Positions 38,418 to 48,757 are shown, counted from the stretch's first letter. The stretch: 64,000 nucleotides of DNA from Methanotrichaceae archaeon (GCA_963803145.1 CAWDLW010000042.1:1-64000), one strand, 5' to 3'. Made by a program: numbers and translations. The notes: generated by a model not told the origin, from the sequence alone.

Positions 38418-39437
38418 TCATGCTTTCTTCTTTTCCATCGAGCTAAAGATCTTCGACTTACGCAGAAGGAAGAAGCCAATCAACATCGGCAGCCAGAAAT
38501 CCAGCCCGCGGAAGGCCAATACTACAACAGTGGCAGTGGTGCCATGGACTCCCAGAGAGTTATAGGCAATGGCCATAACTCCTTCCACCAGCCCAATTCC
38601 CTGAGGCACGGGTGAGATATTCCAGAAGAGAATGCCTATGGCATATCCTGCTACCAATGGGCCGATGCTAATAGAGGTGTGGTAGGCGAGAAACAGGGCA
38701 TAGATGCTGGCAATATTGATCAGATGAGCGCTCAGCGCAGTCCCGAGGGTACGAGCCAGCCTCACAGGATGCACCTCTATGGCTTTTGCAGCATCGACGA
38801 AATCGTTCGCATTCTGTGAAGCCCAGCCGTCTTCCAGCAGCGGCTTATGCCTAATCCTGCAGGCCAGACTCCTTATGCCTCTCTGGGCTAGATTAAGCAT
38901 GCGTCCAAGAAGGGCTGGTCGAAACATGCCCAGAAGTAAAGCTGTGCTTAGGCCAAATAGCACTATTAACATTAACACAGCACCGATAATCTCGTAATCT
39001 TTCAGCTCCTCCTGTATGTAGAGATATCCCAGGCTTATAGCCAGGATAAAAGCGAAGGATACATAATCTGATATCTGAGCCAGGAGGGTTCCTGCGGTGG
39101 CCCGGGCCGGAGATTGGCCGCGATTGGAGAGGTCATCAATAAAGAGAGCTACTCCTCCCATTCCCCATGTAGGTGCTATTGTGTTGACGAACTGCGAGCC
39201 AAAGGTAAGGGGCAGGAGCTCATTTATACGGCTTTTAACTTCAACTGCCTTGAAGGCGAACCAGAACATAACTGTAAAGGCGGTGAAGTATGCTGCTTGC
39301 AGTAGTGCTGCGACAAGAATCCATTGCACGTTTCCCTTAATGAGAAGCTCTGCAATCCCCTTTATTTCGGCGAAGCTACTTACGATCAGCCAGACAAATG
39401 CCGCTGCCAAAAGCCAGAATATCCACCATCGTTTCAT
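38418..39437 (-). CDS. Lysylphosphatidylglycerol-synthase-TM (flippase-like) membrane protein
   Basis: Multi-TM; PQGIGLVE..A...FRGL motif. Confidence 0.85.
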   Translation of the reverse strand: MKRWWIFWLLAAAFVWLIVSSFAEIKGIAELLIKGNVQWILVAALLQAAYFTAFTVMFWFAFKAVEVKSRINELLPLTFGSQFVNTIAPTWGMGGVALFIDDLSNRGQSPARATAGTLLAQISDYVSFAFILAISLGYLYIQEELKDYEIIGAVLMLIVLFGLSTALLLGMFRPALLGRMLNLAQRGIRSLACRIRHKPLLEDGWASQNANDFVDAAKAIEVHPVRLARTLGTALSAHLINIASIYALFLAYHTSISIGPLVAGYAIGILFWNISPVPQGIGLVEGVMAIAYNSLGVHGTTATVVVLAFRGLDFWLPMLIGFFLLRKSKIFSSMEKKKA

Positions 39438-39567
39438 CTATGTCTCTTGCTAATCCAGGCATCTAAGAAATCAATGCCCAAAACCATTCAGCCTGATCTG
39501 TATTCTTTCTTTAATATACGTAGCGGCATCGGAAATAATTATCTATAGAGCGAAGGGATATTATTTT

Positions 39568-42084
39568 ATGGGCTCTGACCCACAAGCATTCTGGAGCATC
39601 TCAGCTGATGAGCAACTGATGCAGCTTAACACCAGCGCCAGCGGTCTAGCTGAATCTGAAGCTGATAATAGGCTCAAAACATACGGCCCAAATACGCTTA
39701 GAGAAAAAAAGGAGTCATCTGCACTAAGGCTACTACTCTCCCAGTTCAAGAGCCCCATCATCTTACTGCTGCTGTTTTCTGCAATTTTATCATTTTTCCT
39801 GAGCCAAGGAATTCAAGCTTTAATAATAGTAATAATATTATTAATAAGCGGCGTGCTGGGCTTCTGGCAGGAGTACACTGCAACTGATGCAGTATCCAGG
39901 CTTCTGGAGTTGGTTCAGGTCAAGGCTACTGTGCTGCGGGGTGAAGGTCAGAAGGATGTGCCTATTGAGGATATCGTGCCGGGGGATATTATCCTGCTCA
40001 GGGCAGGCGATATCATACCTGGAGACTCCATCATCCTCGAATCGAAGGACCTTTTCGTAAATGAGGCGACTCTTACCGGTGAGACTTATCCTGTTGAGAA
40101 GTTTGCTGGAGCAGTGCCCGGAGACACACCGCTGAATAGACGCATCAATAGCCTCTTCATGGGAACGAGCGCTGTTAGCGGAACGGCCAAGGCAGTGATC
40201 GTAAGCACAGGTCTCCAGACCGAGTTCGGCAAGGTCTCGCAGAGGCTGAGGTTCAGGCCTCCCGAGACTGAGTTCGAGCATGGAGTGCGCCATTTTGGCT
40301 ATATGCTGATGGAGATCACCCTCCTGCTGGTGGTAGCCATTTTTGCCATAAATGTCTACCTTACAAAGCCAGTCATCGATTCCTTCCTGTTCTCCCTTGC
40401 CCTGGCAGTCGGACTTACTCCTCAGCTTCTGCCCGCGACAATCAGCATCAACTTAGCACACGGAGCCAGAAGGATGGCTGCTCACAAGGTTATAGTCAAG
40501 AGGCTGGCTTCGCTTGAGAACTTCGGCAGCATGAATGTGCTCTGCTGCGATAAGACTGGCACTCTCACCGAAGGCGTTGTTCAACTACATTCCTCTCTGG
40601 ATGTGGAGGGCAACAGCAGTAATAAGGTCTTATTCTATGCCTATCTTAACTCCTTTTATGAGACTGGCTTTGCGAATCCAATAGACAAGGCAATTCTCAG
40701 CGCTGGCCCAATGGATATCTCAGGATACAAGAAGCTAGACGAAGTTCCCTATGATTTTTTGCGTAAGCGTCTGAGCATCCTTGTTTCAAAAGGTGATGAA
40801 CACCTCATCATAACAAAAGGCGCACTGTCAAACATCCTAGAAGTCAGTACAACTGCTGAAACGTCACAGGGAATAGTGGATATATCCACCATTAGCGAGG
40901 CAATTCAAAATAAGTATAACGATCTCAGCAATCAGGGTCTGCGCGTGCTTGGGCTGGCCGCTCGAAAGATCAATGCAAAGGTCTGCCTTACAAGAGACGA
41001 AGCTGATATGACCTTTCTAGGCTTCCTGGTTTTCAACGATCCTCCCAAAGCAGATGTAATCGAAGCCATCAGCAGCCTGAACCAACTAGGGGTCGAGCTC
41101 AAAGTGATCACCGGCGATAACCGAATAGTAGCTGCTAGCGTGGGAAAACAGGTAGGCATGAAAAATATGCGTGTGCTCACTGGCCAGGAGATTCTCAGGA
41201 TGAGCGACGGTGCACTCCTAAGACAGGTCCAGGATGCAGATATATTTGCAGAGGTCGAACCAAACCAGAAGGAGCGCATAATTCTGGCCATGAGAAAGGC
41301 AGGGAATGTTGTAGGCTACATGGGCGATGGAATCAATGATGCATCGGCTCTTCATGCCTCCGATATCGGCATTTCCGTTGACAGCGCCGTGGATGTGGCG
41401 AAGGAGGCTGCAGATGTAGTTTTAATGGAGAAGGATCTGAGCGTGTTATCCGAGGGCGTCATCGAAGGCAGAAAAACGTTCTCAAATACAATGAAATATG
41501 TCTTCATGGCCACAAGCGCTAACTTCGGAAATATGTTCAGCATGGCCGTTGTCTCCATCGTTATACCCTTCCTGCCGCTGCTTCCGACCCAAGTTCTCCT
41601 GACAAATCTTCTTCAAAACTTTCCGCAGATCACAATAGCGAGCGATAGCGTGGATGAAGAACTAATCGCAAAGCCGCGTCGCTGGTCGATAAGGTTTATC
41701 ACAGACTTCATGGTAGTATTTGGCATCATCAGCTCTCTTTTCGATTTCGTCACCTTCGGAGTGCTATTGCTTCTTCTGCACGCAAGCGTGGTTCAGTTCA
41801 GGACAGGCTGGTTCATAGAATCAGTGATATCTGCATCCATGGTAGTACTGATCATTCGCACAAGAAGGCCGTTCTTTAAGTCAACGCCAGGGAGATATCT
41901 GTTGATCACAACTATTCTGGTCGGCCTGGCCACGTTTATTCTGCCCTACACACCTCTATCGGGACCATTCGGATTCACTCCAATGCCTATGTATTTCTTG
42001 CTGATAGTGATTGCAATCGTTGCATTGTATATTGCATTAGCCGAGGTTGCAAAGAGATTTTTCTATCAAAAAATCAAATATTAA
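39568..42084 (+). CDS. mgtA: Mg2+-transporting P-type ATPase
   Basis: TGET, AVGLTPQLLP, DKTGTLT, GDGIND, SANFGNMFS. Confidence 0.93.
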   Translation: MGSDPQAFWSISADEQLMQLNTSASGLAESEADNRLKTYGPNTLREKKESSALRLLLSQFKSPIILLLLFSAILSFFLSQGIQALIIVIILLISGVLGFWQEYTATDAVSRLLELVQVKATVLRGEGQKDVPIEDIVPGDIILLRAGDIIPGDSIILESKDLFVNEATLTGETYPVEKFAGAVPGDTPLNRRINSLFMGTSAVSGTAKAVIVSTGLQTEFGKVSQRLRFRPPETEFEHGVRHFGYMLMEITLLLVVAIFAINVYLTKPVIDSFLFSLALAVGLTPQLLPATISINLAHGARRMAAHKVIVKRLASLENFGSMNVLCCDKTGTLTEGVVQLHSSLDVEGNSSNKVLFYAYLNSFYETGFANPIDKAILSAGPMDISGYKKLDEVPYDFLRKRLSILVSKGDEHLIITKGALSNILEVSTTAETSQGIVDISTISEAIQNKYNDLSNQGLRVLGLAARKINAKVCLTRDEADMTFLGFLVFNDPPKADVIEAISSLNQLGVELKVITGDNRIVAASVGKQVGMKNMRVLTGQEILRMSDGALLRQVQDADIFAEVEPNQKERIILAMRKAGNVVGYMGDGINDASALHASDIGISVDSAVDVAKEAADVVLMEKDLSVLSEGVIEGRKTFSNTMKYVFMATSANFGNMFSMAVVSIVIPFLPLLPTQVLLTNLLQNFPQITIASDSVDEELIAKPRRWSIRFITDFMVVFGIISSLFDFVTFGVLLLLLHASVVQFRTGWFIESVISASMVVLIIRTRRPFFKSTPGRYLLITTILVGLATFILPYTPLSGPFGFTPMPMYFLLIVIAIVALYIALAEVAKRFFYQKIKY

Positions 42085-42164
42085 AGAACATAAAAATCAA
42101 AATGCTGAGATGTCTCGACGATATGATAAAATTAGCTTTATGGCAGTATTCCGCTATAATCCTC

Positions 42165-42524
42165 TCACAGCACACAATTGCTGCAATCCTGGCAGCTGCA
42201 CTCGATGTTGGTAATCTTCCATTTAAGAGCCCAGCGTTTCATATCCTTGATTATATCGATTATCTCAAGGCCGCTTTTTGTCAGAGCGTATTCGCTCTTA
42301 ACAGGAAATGATGTTTTATCTACTATATTCTCTATGAGCCCTTCTTTTTCTAGCTCCTTAAGTCGAATAGAAAGCACCTTTTGGGTAATGCCCTCCAGGC
42401 AATTCTTTAGCTCAGAAAAACGTCTTGTGTGCCCTTCACCCTTATATAGCTCTAAAAGGATCAACAGAGTCCATTTCCTTGCAATATACTTGACTGTCAA
42501 GTTCACAGTACATCCTTCCTGCAT
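42165..42524 (-). CDS. HxlR-family transcriptional regulator
   Basis: C.V....KW..IL, RFSELK..GITQKVLS.RLKELE, EYALT; Cys-rich tail. Confidence 0.9.
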   Translation of the reverse strand: MQEGCTVNLTVKYIARKWTLLILLELYKGEGHTRRFSELKNCLEGITQKVLSIRLKELEKEGLIENIVDKTSFPVKSEYALTKSGLEIIDIIKDMKRWALKWKITNIECSCQDCSNCVL

Positions 42525-42748
42525 GGTATACTTGTGGAAACATTCTAAGCTATATACTTTGGTATCTTTAGTATACTCGTGGCAGGGCAGAAACCCTGCT
42601 ACCGGATAAGAATGTGTTAGGCAGCCGGATAAGGCTGCAATAGCCTTGGATAAGGCTTTATTAAATTGAACATCTATGTAATAAACTTAGGAATGAAATT
42701 TCGTTAATTGATCCGGTTAGACTCTAAAAACCGATAAGGAGATACTAG

Positions 42749-44059
42749 ATGGCTGCCAAAGAGAAACCCGATATGTTCTGCTACCAGTGCTCTCAGACTG
42801 CGAGAGGAACTGGCTGCACCCTCAAAGGAGTATGTGGAAAAGAGGCTACTGTATCCCGATTGCAGGATAACCTGCTATTCGCTATTAAAGGCATTAGCGC
42901 CTATCTTTATCATGCGAGAGAGCTCGGGTATACTGATCCGGAGGTTGATGCCTTCATAGAAAAGGCCTTTTTCTCCACACTCACAAACGTGAATTTCGAC
43001 CCAGAATCATACATCCAGCTTGCTCTTGAAGCTGGAAAGATGAACATCAGGACAATGGAACTTCTCAAAAAGGCCCACATAGAAACCTTTGGTGAGCCGG
43101 TGCCAACGGATGTGTCGACAGGAACTGTGAAAGGACATGGAATTCTGGTCACAGGCCACGATCTAAAAGCGCTTCAAGAGCTTCTAAAGCAGGTTGAGGG
43201 AACAGATGTGATGGTGTATACACATTCAGAAATGCTTCCCGCTCACGGCTATCCGGGTTTAAAGAAGTACAAAAACCTGGTTGGAAATCTCGGCAAGGCA
43301 TGGTTTGACCAGAGGCAGCTATTCGAGAAGTATCCTATGGCAATCCTGGGAACTACCAATTGCTTCCTGATACCACGGGAGAGCTACCGTGACAGAATGT
43401 TCTCCATGGGTCCTGTCCAGCTTCCCGGCGTAAAGCACATCGAGGGGTATGATTACTCTCCCGTTATTGAGAAAGCTAAGTCGCTTCCAGAGCTAAAGGA
43501 TGAACCGGGAGAATATGTATTATCAACCGGCTTTTCGACATCAGTAGTCCTCTCCCTCAAAGACAAGATCAAGCAGCTTGTCCAGGAGGGCAAGATAAAG
43601 AGGTTCTTCCTCGTCGGAGGGTGTGATGCCCCTGGAACTAAGGGCAATTATTACCGCGAGTTTGTTCAGAAATTGCCCAAGGACACAATCATCCTTACAC
43701 TCGCATGCGGCAAATATAGGTTTAACGACATAGATTTCGGAAACATCGAGGGCATACCGCGCCTCATTGATCTTGGACAATGTAACGATGCTATTGTGGC
43801 TCTGGAACTGGCTCAAGCATTATCGAACCTGTTCGGCGTGAGCGTGAACGATCTGCCATTGACTTTGGTCATAAGCTGGATGGAGCAGAAGGCTGTGGCT
43901 ATCTTCTGGAGCCTTCTTGCGCTGGGGCTGAAGGGCATTTACCTGGGGCCGATTGTGCCTGCCTGGATCAATCAGGATATGCTGAATCTTCTTGTGGAGA
44001 AATACGATATTCGTTTGATAGGAAATCCTGAGGAGGATATCAAGAAGATGATAGGCTGA
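42749..44059 (+). CDS. hcp: Hybrid cluster protein (hydroxylamine reductase), short form
   Basis: [38 protein letters not shown]. Confidence 0.95.
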   Translation: MAAKEKPDMFCYQCSQTARGTGCTLKGVCGKEATVSRLQDNLLFAIKGISAYLYHARELGYTDPEVDAFIEKAFFSTLTNVNFDPESYIQLALEAGKMNIRTMELLKKAHIETFGEPVPTDVSTGTVKGHGILVTGHDLKALQELLKQVEGTDVMVYTHSEMLPAHGYPGLKKYKNLVGNLGKAWFDQRQLFEKYPMAILGTTNCFLIPRESYRDRMFSMGPVQLPGVKHIEGYDYSPVIEKAKSLPELKDEPGEYVLSTGFSTSVVLSLKDKIKQLVQEGKIKRFFLVGGCDAPGTKGNYYREFVQKLPKDTIILTLACGKYRFNDIDFGNIEGIPRLIDLGQCNDAIVALELAQALSNLFGVSVNDLPLTLVISWMEQKAVAIFWSLLALGLKGIYLGPIVPAWINQDMLNLLVEKYDIRLIGNPEEDIKKMIG

Positions 44060-44113
44060 AAGTACTAGCACAAAGGCGGTATTTGGCCGCCTAACAAATG
44101 CTTTTTTATTAGA

Positions 44114-44337
44114 ACCTTAACTCCGCACAATAGGGAATAAGAAAATCGCAGAAAATGAGGTTCTAGCGGCCTATTATTGATAAATTAATTTGCAAAATAG
44201 TTATTCCCTAATATGGGATACAACAAAGTGGCCACTTGAAGTCTCCTTAGGATGCCAGACCCCCGAATGCTATTGATTCTAGGATAATATGTCATAAGGA
44301 ATTTATATACTTATTCCCCAACTATCGGAGTTAAGGT
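44114..44337. mobile_element. MITE (224 bp)
   Basis: TIRs ACCTTAACTCCG..GGGAATAAG / CTTATTCCC..CGGAGTTAAGGT; TAGA duplicated at 44110-44113 and 44338-44341. Confidence 0.75.
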
Positions 44338-44393
44338 TAGAATTCGCGAAGGTTTTTTATATGGTTCCTAACTGGCCGTCTCTCACTACTGTC

Positions 44394-44569
44394 GCCGAGC
44401 TTCAGCTATCATCGGCCGAAGGCTTCTTAAGCCCTCGCCATTCGAATTTGAAATCTTCGAATCGCGGTCTATTTCAATGGCTACAACAGCGATCTATTTG
44501 CAAGCCAGACCGAACCACAAGAGACAGGCATATCAAAAAGCGGGGTTTGATGATCTACTGAAGCTCGGC
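44394..44569 (+). ncRNA. Candidate ~180-nt structured sRNA
   Basis: TATA TTTTATAT (44355-44362); perfect 12-bp closing stem; three internal hairpins. Confidence 0.5.
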
Positions 44570-44635
44570 TGAATAATCTACATCTTTATACATTCATGAA
44601 ATATGCTGGGATCTCATTCCCCTGCATCATTTCTC

Positions 44636-45454
44636 TTATAATGCTTTCTCGGTAAATAGAACAGCTCTACTATGGTAATAATCAAACAGCTCCCTGCCCC
44701 ATCTAACGGCACTCTCGCCCACACAAATCATATCCTTAGTCAAATCATAGCTCCCATCAAGCTCGAACAAACCCAAGGACAGGATCTTGTCAGTAACTGT
44801 AAACGCTACTTTTACGTCATCTCTTATGGTGTAAAGCTCGAAGTTGTCATATTTAAGCAACTCAAGCGGTCTCGGATCAACCGCAAGGATCTTTCTTAAT
44901 ACGTTCTCAGTCAATATGAGTTGCGCAGGCTTGCCTGCTTTTACCAGGGCGATAACCAAATCTACGTGACCTGGAGCTATAATGGGAGATACTCCCTGAA
45001 ATATAGTCGCCTTAGAGATCTCTTGGAGAAAGTTCTCATGAGGTTTGAGAAGATCTATTTCATCGGCCATTATTATCTTGGATTCCGATAGCATACTTAT
45101 CTTTTGCAACAGCTCTGCAGGTATACCCCTTATATCATGGTTGAGCCAGAACTCTTTTTTTTGGACTAAAACAGACAGGCTCAATATCGTGTTTTTTAGG
45201 ACTAGAGCTTGGAGATAACCGAGCGGTGTTAGATGATATAAGCCCTTACTTGTCCTAACGATCATATCATCATCGATCAGTTCTTTAAGAGCATGAGCTG
45301 TACTGGTTTCCCTGACATCCATCCGTTTTGAGAGTTCTGCGTTTCCTGCCTCACCATTCAGCAAATACAGTAGGATCTTTGATCTAATGCTCGATCTCAC
45401 TGCCGCCTTCAATTGGGGTTCTGCATCTTCCCAAGCTTCAACATCGCTTGACAC
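44636..45454 (-). CDS. Winged-HTH regulator with DUF1724 (FilR1-middle-like) domain
   Basis: N-terminal ArsR-like HTH; AFTVTD.ILSLGLF..DGSYD...WGRELF.YY. Confidence 0.85.
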   Translation of the reverse strand: MSSDVEAWEDAEPQLKAAVRSSIRSKILLYLLNGEAGNAELSKRMDVRETSTAHALKELIDDDMIVRTSKGLYHLTPLGYLQALVLKNTILSLSVLVQKKEFWLNHDIRGIPAELLQKISMLSESKIIMADEIDLLKPHENFLQEISKATIFQGVSPIIAPGHVDLVIALVKAGKPAQLILTENVLRKILAVDPRPLELLKYDNFELYTIRDDVKVAFTVTDKILSLGLFELDGSYDLTKDMICVGESAVRWGRELFDYYHSRAVLFTEKAL

Positions 45455-45642
45455 GACGAAAATCGATTATCGTTTATGATATACTTATCGCGTTAAGCGA
45501 ATATTATAAATCTCCATTATCATCATCGTTTGCTATATCTCCTAGACCTTTGACGTCGGTTAACTTGACCCCGAGTACACAGCTACCTGGGCGATCAACA
45601 AGCCTAAATAAGCGGTTAGTCATGATTAATAGCGATCGAAGT

Positions 45643-46512
45643 ATGGAGCTAACACCTATTCAAAGAGATATATTGACTGCGCTGATAAACATTTACCGCA
45701 GAGATAACCGCGCGGTCAAAGGCGAGGAGATCGCTGAGATTATAGACCGCAACCCTGGCACTATAAGGAACCAGATGCAATCTCTGAAGGCGCTAAGCTT
45801 AGTGGAGGGCGTGCCGGGACCCAAAGGAGGCTATAAGGCTACAGGTTCAGCCTATCAGGCTCTCAACCTCGATACTGCGGGTGATGCAGTCACACCTATT
45901 ATGAAGAACGGAATTGTAGTCGATGGGGCTACCGCTAACGAAATTGTCTTTGATAAAGTCATGAAATCCAATGAATGCGATGGAACTGTGCGCATAATTG
46001 GCGACATCAGGGGCTTCAACATAGGCGATGAGATAAGGATTGGGCCCACACCAGTGAATAAGCTCTACATTCGCGGGACTATCGCAGCCAGAGACGATAC
46101 TATGTCCAGACTTATGTTCCACGTATCCGAGATAATTTCGGTGCCGAGGATTACCATCAAGGAGGTGGCGCAGCCTGCAGTCCATATCAACCCCAATGCA
46201 TCACTCCAAGAAACGGCTAGGATACTTATACGCAATGGGGTTCAGGGGGCATTAGTTGATGAGAGCTCTCCCGGCCTAATCAGCATGACCGATATAGCCA
46301 GGGCCATAGCGGATGATCGTAAAGAAATAAAAGTCAGTGAGATTACGACCCGCAGCTTCTTGACAATCGATTCCAAGGAACTCATCTATGAAGCTGTAAA
46401 GGTTTTAGGAAGGAATGACTTGAGCCAGCTTGTAGTAACAGACTCTGGAATGCCTTGGGGGATCATCACCGCAGCAGATCTAGTTCGCATTCTAGCTCCT
46501 ATCCGATCATAA
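45643..46512 (+). CDS. HrcA-type HTH (DUF293) plus CBS-domain regulator
   Basis: MELTPIQRDIL...RNPGTIRNQMQSLKAL.LVEGVPGPKGGY, GPTPVN, CBS pair. Confidence 0.88.
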   Translation: MELTPIQRDILTALINIYRRDNRAVKGEEIAEIIDRNPGTIRNQMQSLKALSLVEGVPGPKGGYKATGSAYQALNLDTAGDAVTPIMKNGIVVDGATANEIVFDKVMKSNECDGTVRIIGDIRGFNIGDEIRIGPTPVNKLYIRGTIAARDDTMSRLMFHVSEIISVPRITIKEVAQPAVHINPNASLQETARILIRNGVQGALVDESSPGLISMTDIARAIADDRKEIKVSEITTRSFLTIDSKELIYEAVKVLGRNDLSQLVVTDSGMPWGIITAADLVRILAPIRS

Positions 46513-46594
46513 TGATGCTGCGGATATCTCTAGAGAGCTAATAGAGTCAGATTATACCGTCAATTCTAAATAGTAATCAATGATAATACGTTTT

Positions 46595-46705
46595 GAGGCG
46601 GGAAAGCAAGATCAGATCGTTGTCGACCGTGTAGCGGTCATATGATGACGGGTCCCCGTAAAAAGGGCGCTGAGAAAAAGTTGGCGCTGATCTTGCGTAT
46701 GCCTC
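46595..46705 (+). ncRNA. Candidate ~110-nt structured sRNA
   Basis: TATA-like CTAAATA ~27 nt upstream; GAGGC/GCCTC plus perfect GCAAGATCAG/CTGATCTTGC; inner GACCG/CGGTC; ATGATGA and CTGA boxes. Confidence 0.55.
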
Positions 46706-46792
46706 ACTTGCTTTTGAAAGCATCTTTAGTAACTTAAATACTTAGCATCATTATGGAAATCTTTATATTCGTCAAATGACGTATTATTATTG

Positions 46793-46860
46793 GGCAAAGG
46801 TCGGTACAGTCTCCTCCCACACTAAGACTTTTCTAGGACTTTTGCCTCCTTATCCCAATT
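46793..46860 (+). ncRNA. Small hairpin RNA with anti-SD-like loop, family copy C
   Basis: TATA CTTTATAT (46761-46768); GGCAAAGGTC/GACTTTTGCC; inner AGTCT/AGACT with loop CCTCCCACACTA. Confidence 0.6.
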
Positions 46861-47060
46861 TCGTTTTTGATGCATAGTTGGTGAAGCGTCTTCATAATTT
46901 TTCTCAACAAATTTTATTGTTCCAGCCATTGACAGAATTGACCAGAAGGCTTGAAAGAGAGTTTATATTGGATGACGGATTCGAAGGTTTGATATGAGAT
47001 GGCCCTTTCTTAAGGCGTCTTTGTGTAATATTACTATTATTGGAACTAGCGTGGGATTCT

Positions 47061-47342
47061 ATGATCACAAGGGAAGATGTGGAGCACATAAGCTGGCTTG
47101 CCAGCATCAAGATCGATGATGAAGAGAAGGATGAGTTAGTGGATCAGTTCAACTCCATCTTGGACTATTTCCACCAGCTTGACGAAGTTGATACAGAGGG
47201 CATAGAGCCCACCTATCGCGTAGTTGATCTATCGAACATATTCAGAGATGATGCCGCCTGCAAATCGCTCTCCCAGGATGAGGCACTTAAGAATGCGCCC
47301 AGGCGTGAAGATGGCTACTTCAAGAGCCCAAGGATTGTGTGA
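47061..47342 (+). CDS. gatC: Asp/Glu-tRNA amidotransferase subunit C
   Basis: VEHISWLA, VDTEGIEPT, FRDD, NAP...GYFKSP. Confidence 0.93.
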   Translation: MITREDVEHISWLASIKIDDEEKDELVDQFNSILDYFHQLDEVDTEGIEPTYRVVDLSNIFRDDAACKSLSQDEALKNAPRREDGYFKSPRIV

Positions 47343-48757
47343 ATATGCTAACAGAGTTGAAAGAGCATCTTTTGGCGGGGTCGGCAGAGGAGTATCTAAG
47401 TAAGCTCTTTGATAAAATTGAGCACAGCAAGCTTAATGCCTTCACGACCTTGGCAAAGGAGAGTGCTTTTAAAAGAGCAAGGGAATTTGATAAAAAGCCC
47501 TGGGGCGGTCTAATGGCTGGAATCCCTATCGCAATCAAGGAGTGCATCTCCACCCAAGGGATAGAGAGCAACTGCAGCTCAAGGATTTTAAGAGGATATG
47601 TTCCGCCTTACGACGCACATGTTATAGAGAGGCTGAAGGCAGAGGGCGCAATCATCATGGGCAAGACAAATATGGATGAATTTGCCATGGGCACGTCTAC
47701 TGAGACCAGCTGCTTTGGACCAACAAGAAACCCTTGGGATCCACTTTGCGTCCCCGGAGGCTCAAGCGGAGGGAGCGCAGCAGCAGTTGCTGGTGGCGAG
47801 GCGCCGTGCTCACTCGGCTCTGATACCGGCGGATCTGTCCGCTGTCCCGCATCATTCTGCGGAATTGTCGGCTTGAAGCCGACCTACGGCCTGGTCTCGC
47901 GTTTCGGGCTCATCGCATATGCCAACTCTCTTGAGCAGATCGGTCCCCTCACGAACACCGTTGAGGATACAGCACTGCTAATGGAGATTATCGCAGGCCA
48001 TGACTGGAGAGATTCAACATCTGCCGAGAAGGGAAATTATCTTCCCGACCTTAAAAAGGGAATTAAAGGCCTGAAGATAGGCATTCCAAAAGAGTACTTC
48101 GGCGAGGGCGTAGATAAAAGTGTAGAAAAGGCCGTTTGGGATGCCGTTTCGACAATGGAAAGCCTTGGAGCTAGCTGGCAAGAAGTTAGCCTGCCCCATA
48201 CGAAGTATGCTCTGTCAGCTTATTACATCATTGCCATGAGCGAAGCATCATCAAACCTTGCGCGTTTCGATGGCCTTCGTTACGGCTTGCGCATCGGTGA
48301 AGACAAGGATTGGCATACAACCTTCTCAGAGATCAGATCTCAGGGCTTTGGGCCTGAGGTCAAGAGACGCATTCTACTCGGAACCTATGCCCTGTCAGCA
48401 GGCTATTATGGACGGTATTATCTCAAGGCGCTCAAGGTTAGAACTCTAATAAAGAACGATTTCCAGAAGGTCTTCAAGGATGTGGATATCGTGGCATCTC
48501 CAACTATGCCTCTTCCGGCATTCAAAATAGGCGAGCGAATAAACGATCCGCTATCACTCTACATGGCAGATGTATTTACAGTCCCAATCAATCTGGCTGG
48601 GGTTCCAGCGATATCAGTACCATGCGGGTTTGCGGGCAATTTGCCCATTGGGCTGCAACTTATTGGCAAGCACTTCGGTGAGGATACAGTACTTCAGGCT
48701 GCCCATGCTTATGAGGCTGCTACCCCTTATCACCTCCAGAAACCGGAGGCGATTTGA
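47339..48757 (+). CDS. gatA: Asp/Glu-tRNA amidotransferase subunit A
   Basis: GKTNMDEFAMG, GGSSGGS, GSDTGGSVR, SSNLARFDG. Confidence 0.96.
   Translation: MNMLTELKEHLLAGSAEEYLSKLFDKIEHSKLNAFTTLAKESAFKRAREFDKKPWGGLMAGIPIAIKECISTQGIESNCSSRILRGYVPPYDAHVIERLKAEGAIIMGKTNMDEFAMGTSTETSCFGPTRNPWDPLCVPGGSSGGSAAAVAGGEAPCSLGSDTGGSVRCPASFCGIVGLKPTYGLVSRFGLIAYANSLEQIGPLTNTVEDTALLMEIIAGHDWRDSTSAEKGNYLPDLKKGIKGLKIGIPKEYFGEGVDKSVEKAVWDAVSTMESLGASWQEVSLPHTKYALSAYYIIAMSEASSNLARFDGLRYGLRIGEDKDWHTTFSEIRSQGFGPEVKRRILLGTYALSAGYYGRYYLKALKVRTLIKNDFQKVFKDVDIVASPTMPLPAFKIGERINDPLSLYMADVFTVPINLAGVPAISVPCGFAGNLPIGLQLIGKHFGEDTVLQAAHAYEAATPYHLQKPEAI

Noticed and set aside
46642-46664. Hammerhead-like TGATGA-stem-TAAA
   Set aside because: The core needs CUGANGA and GAAA; both are mismatched and stems I/III are not evident.
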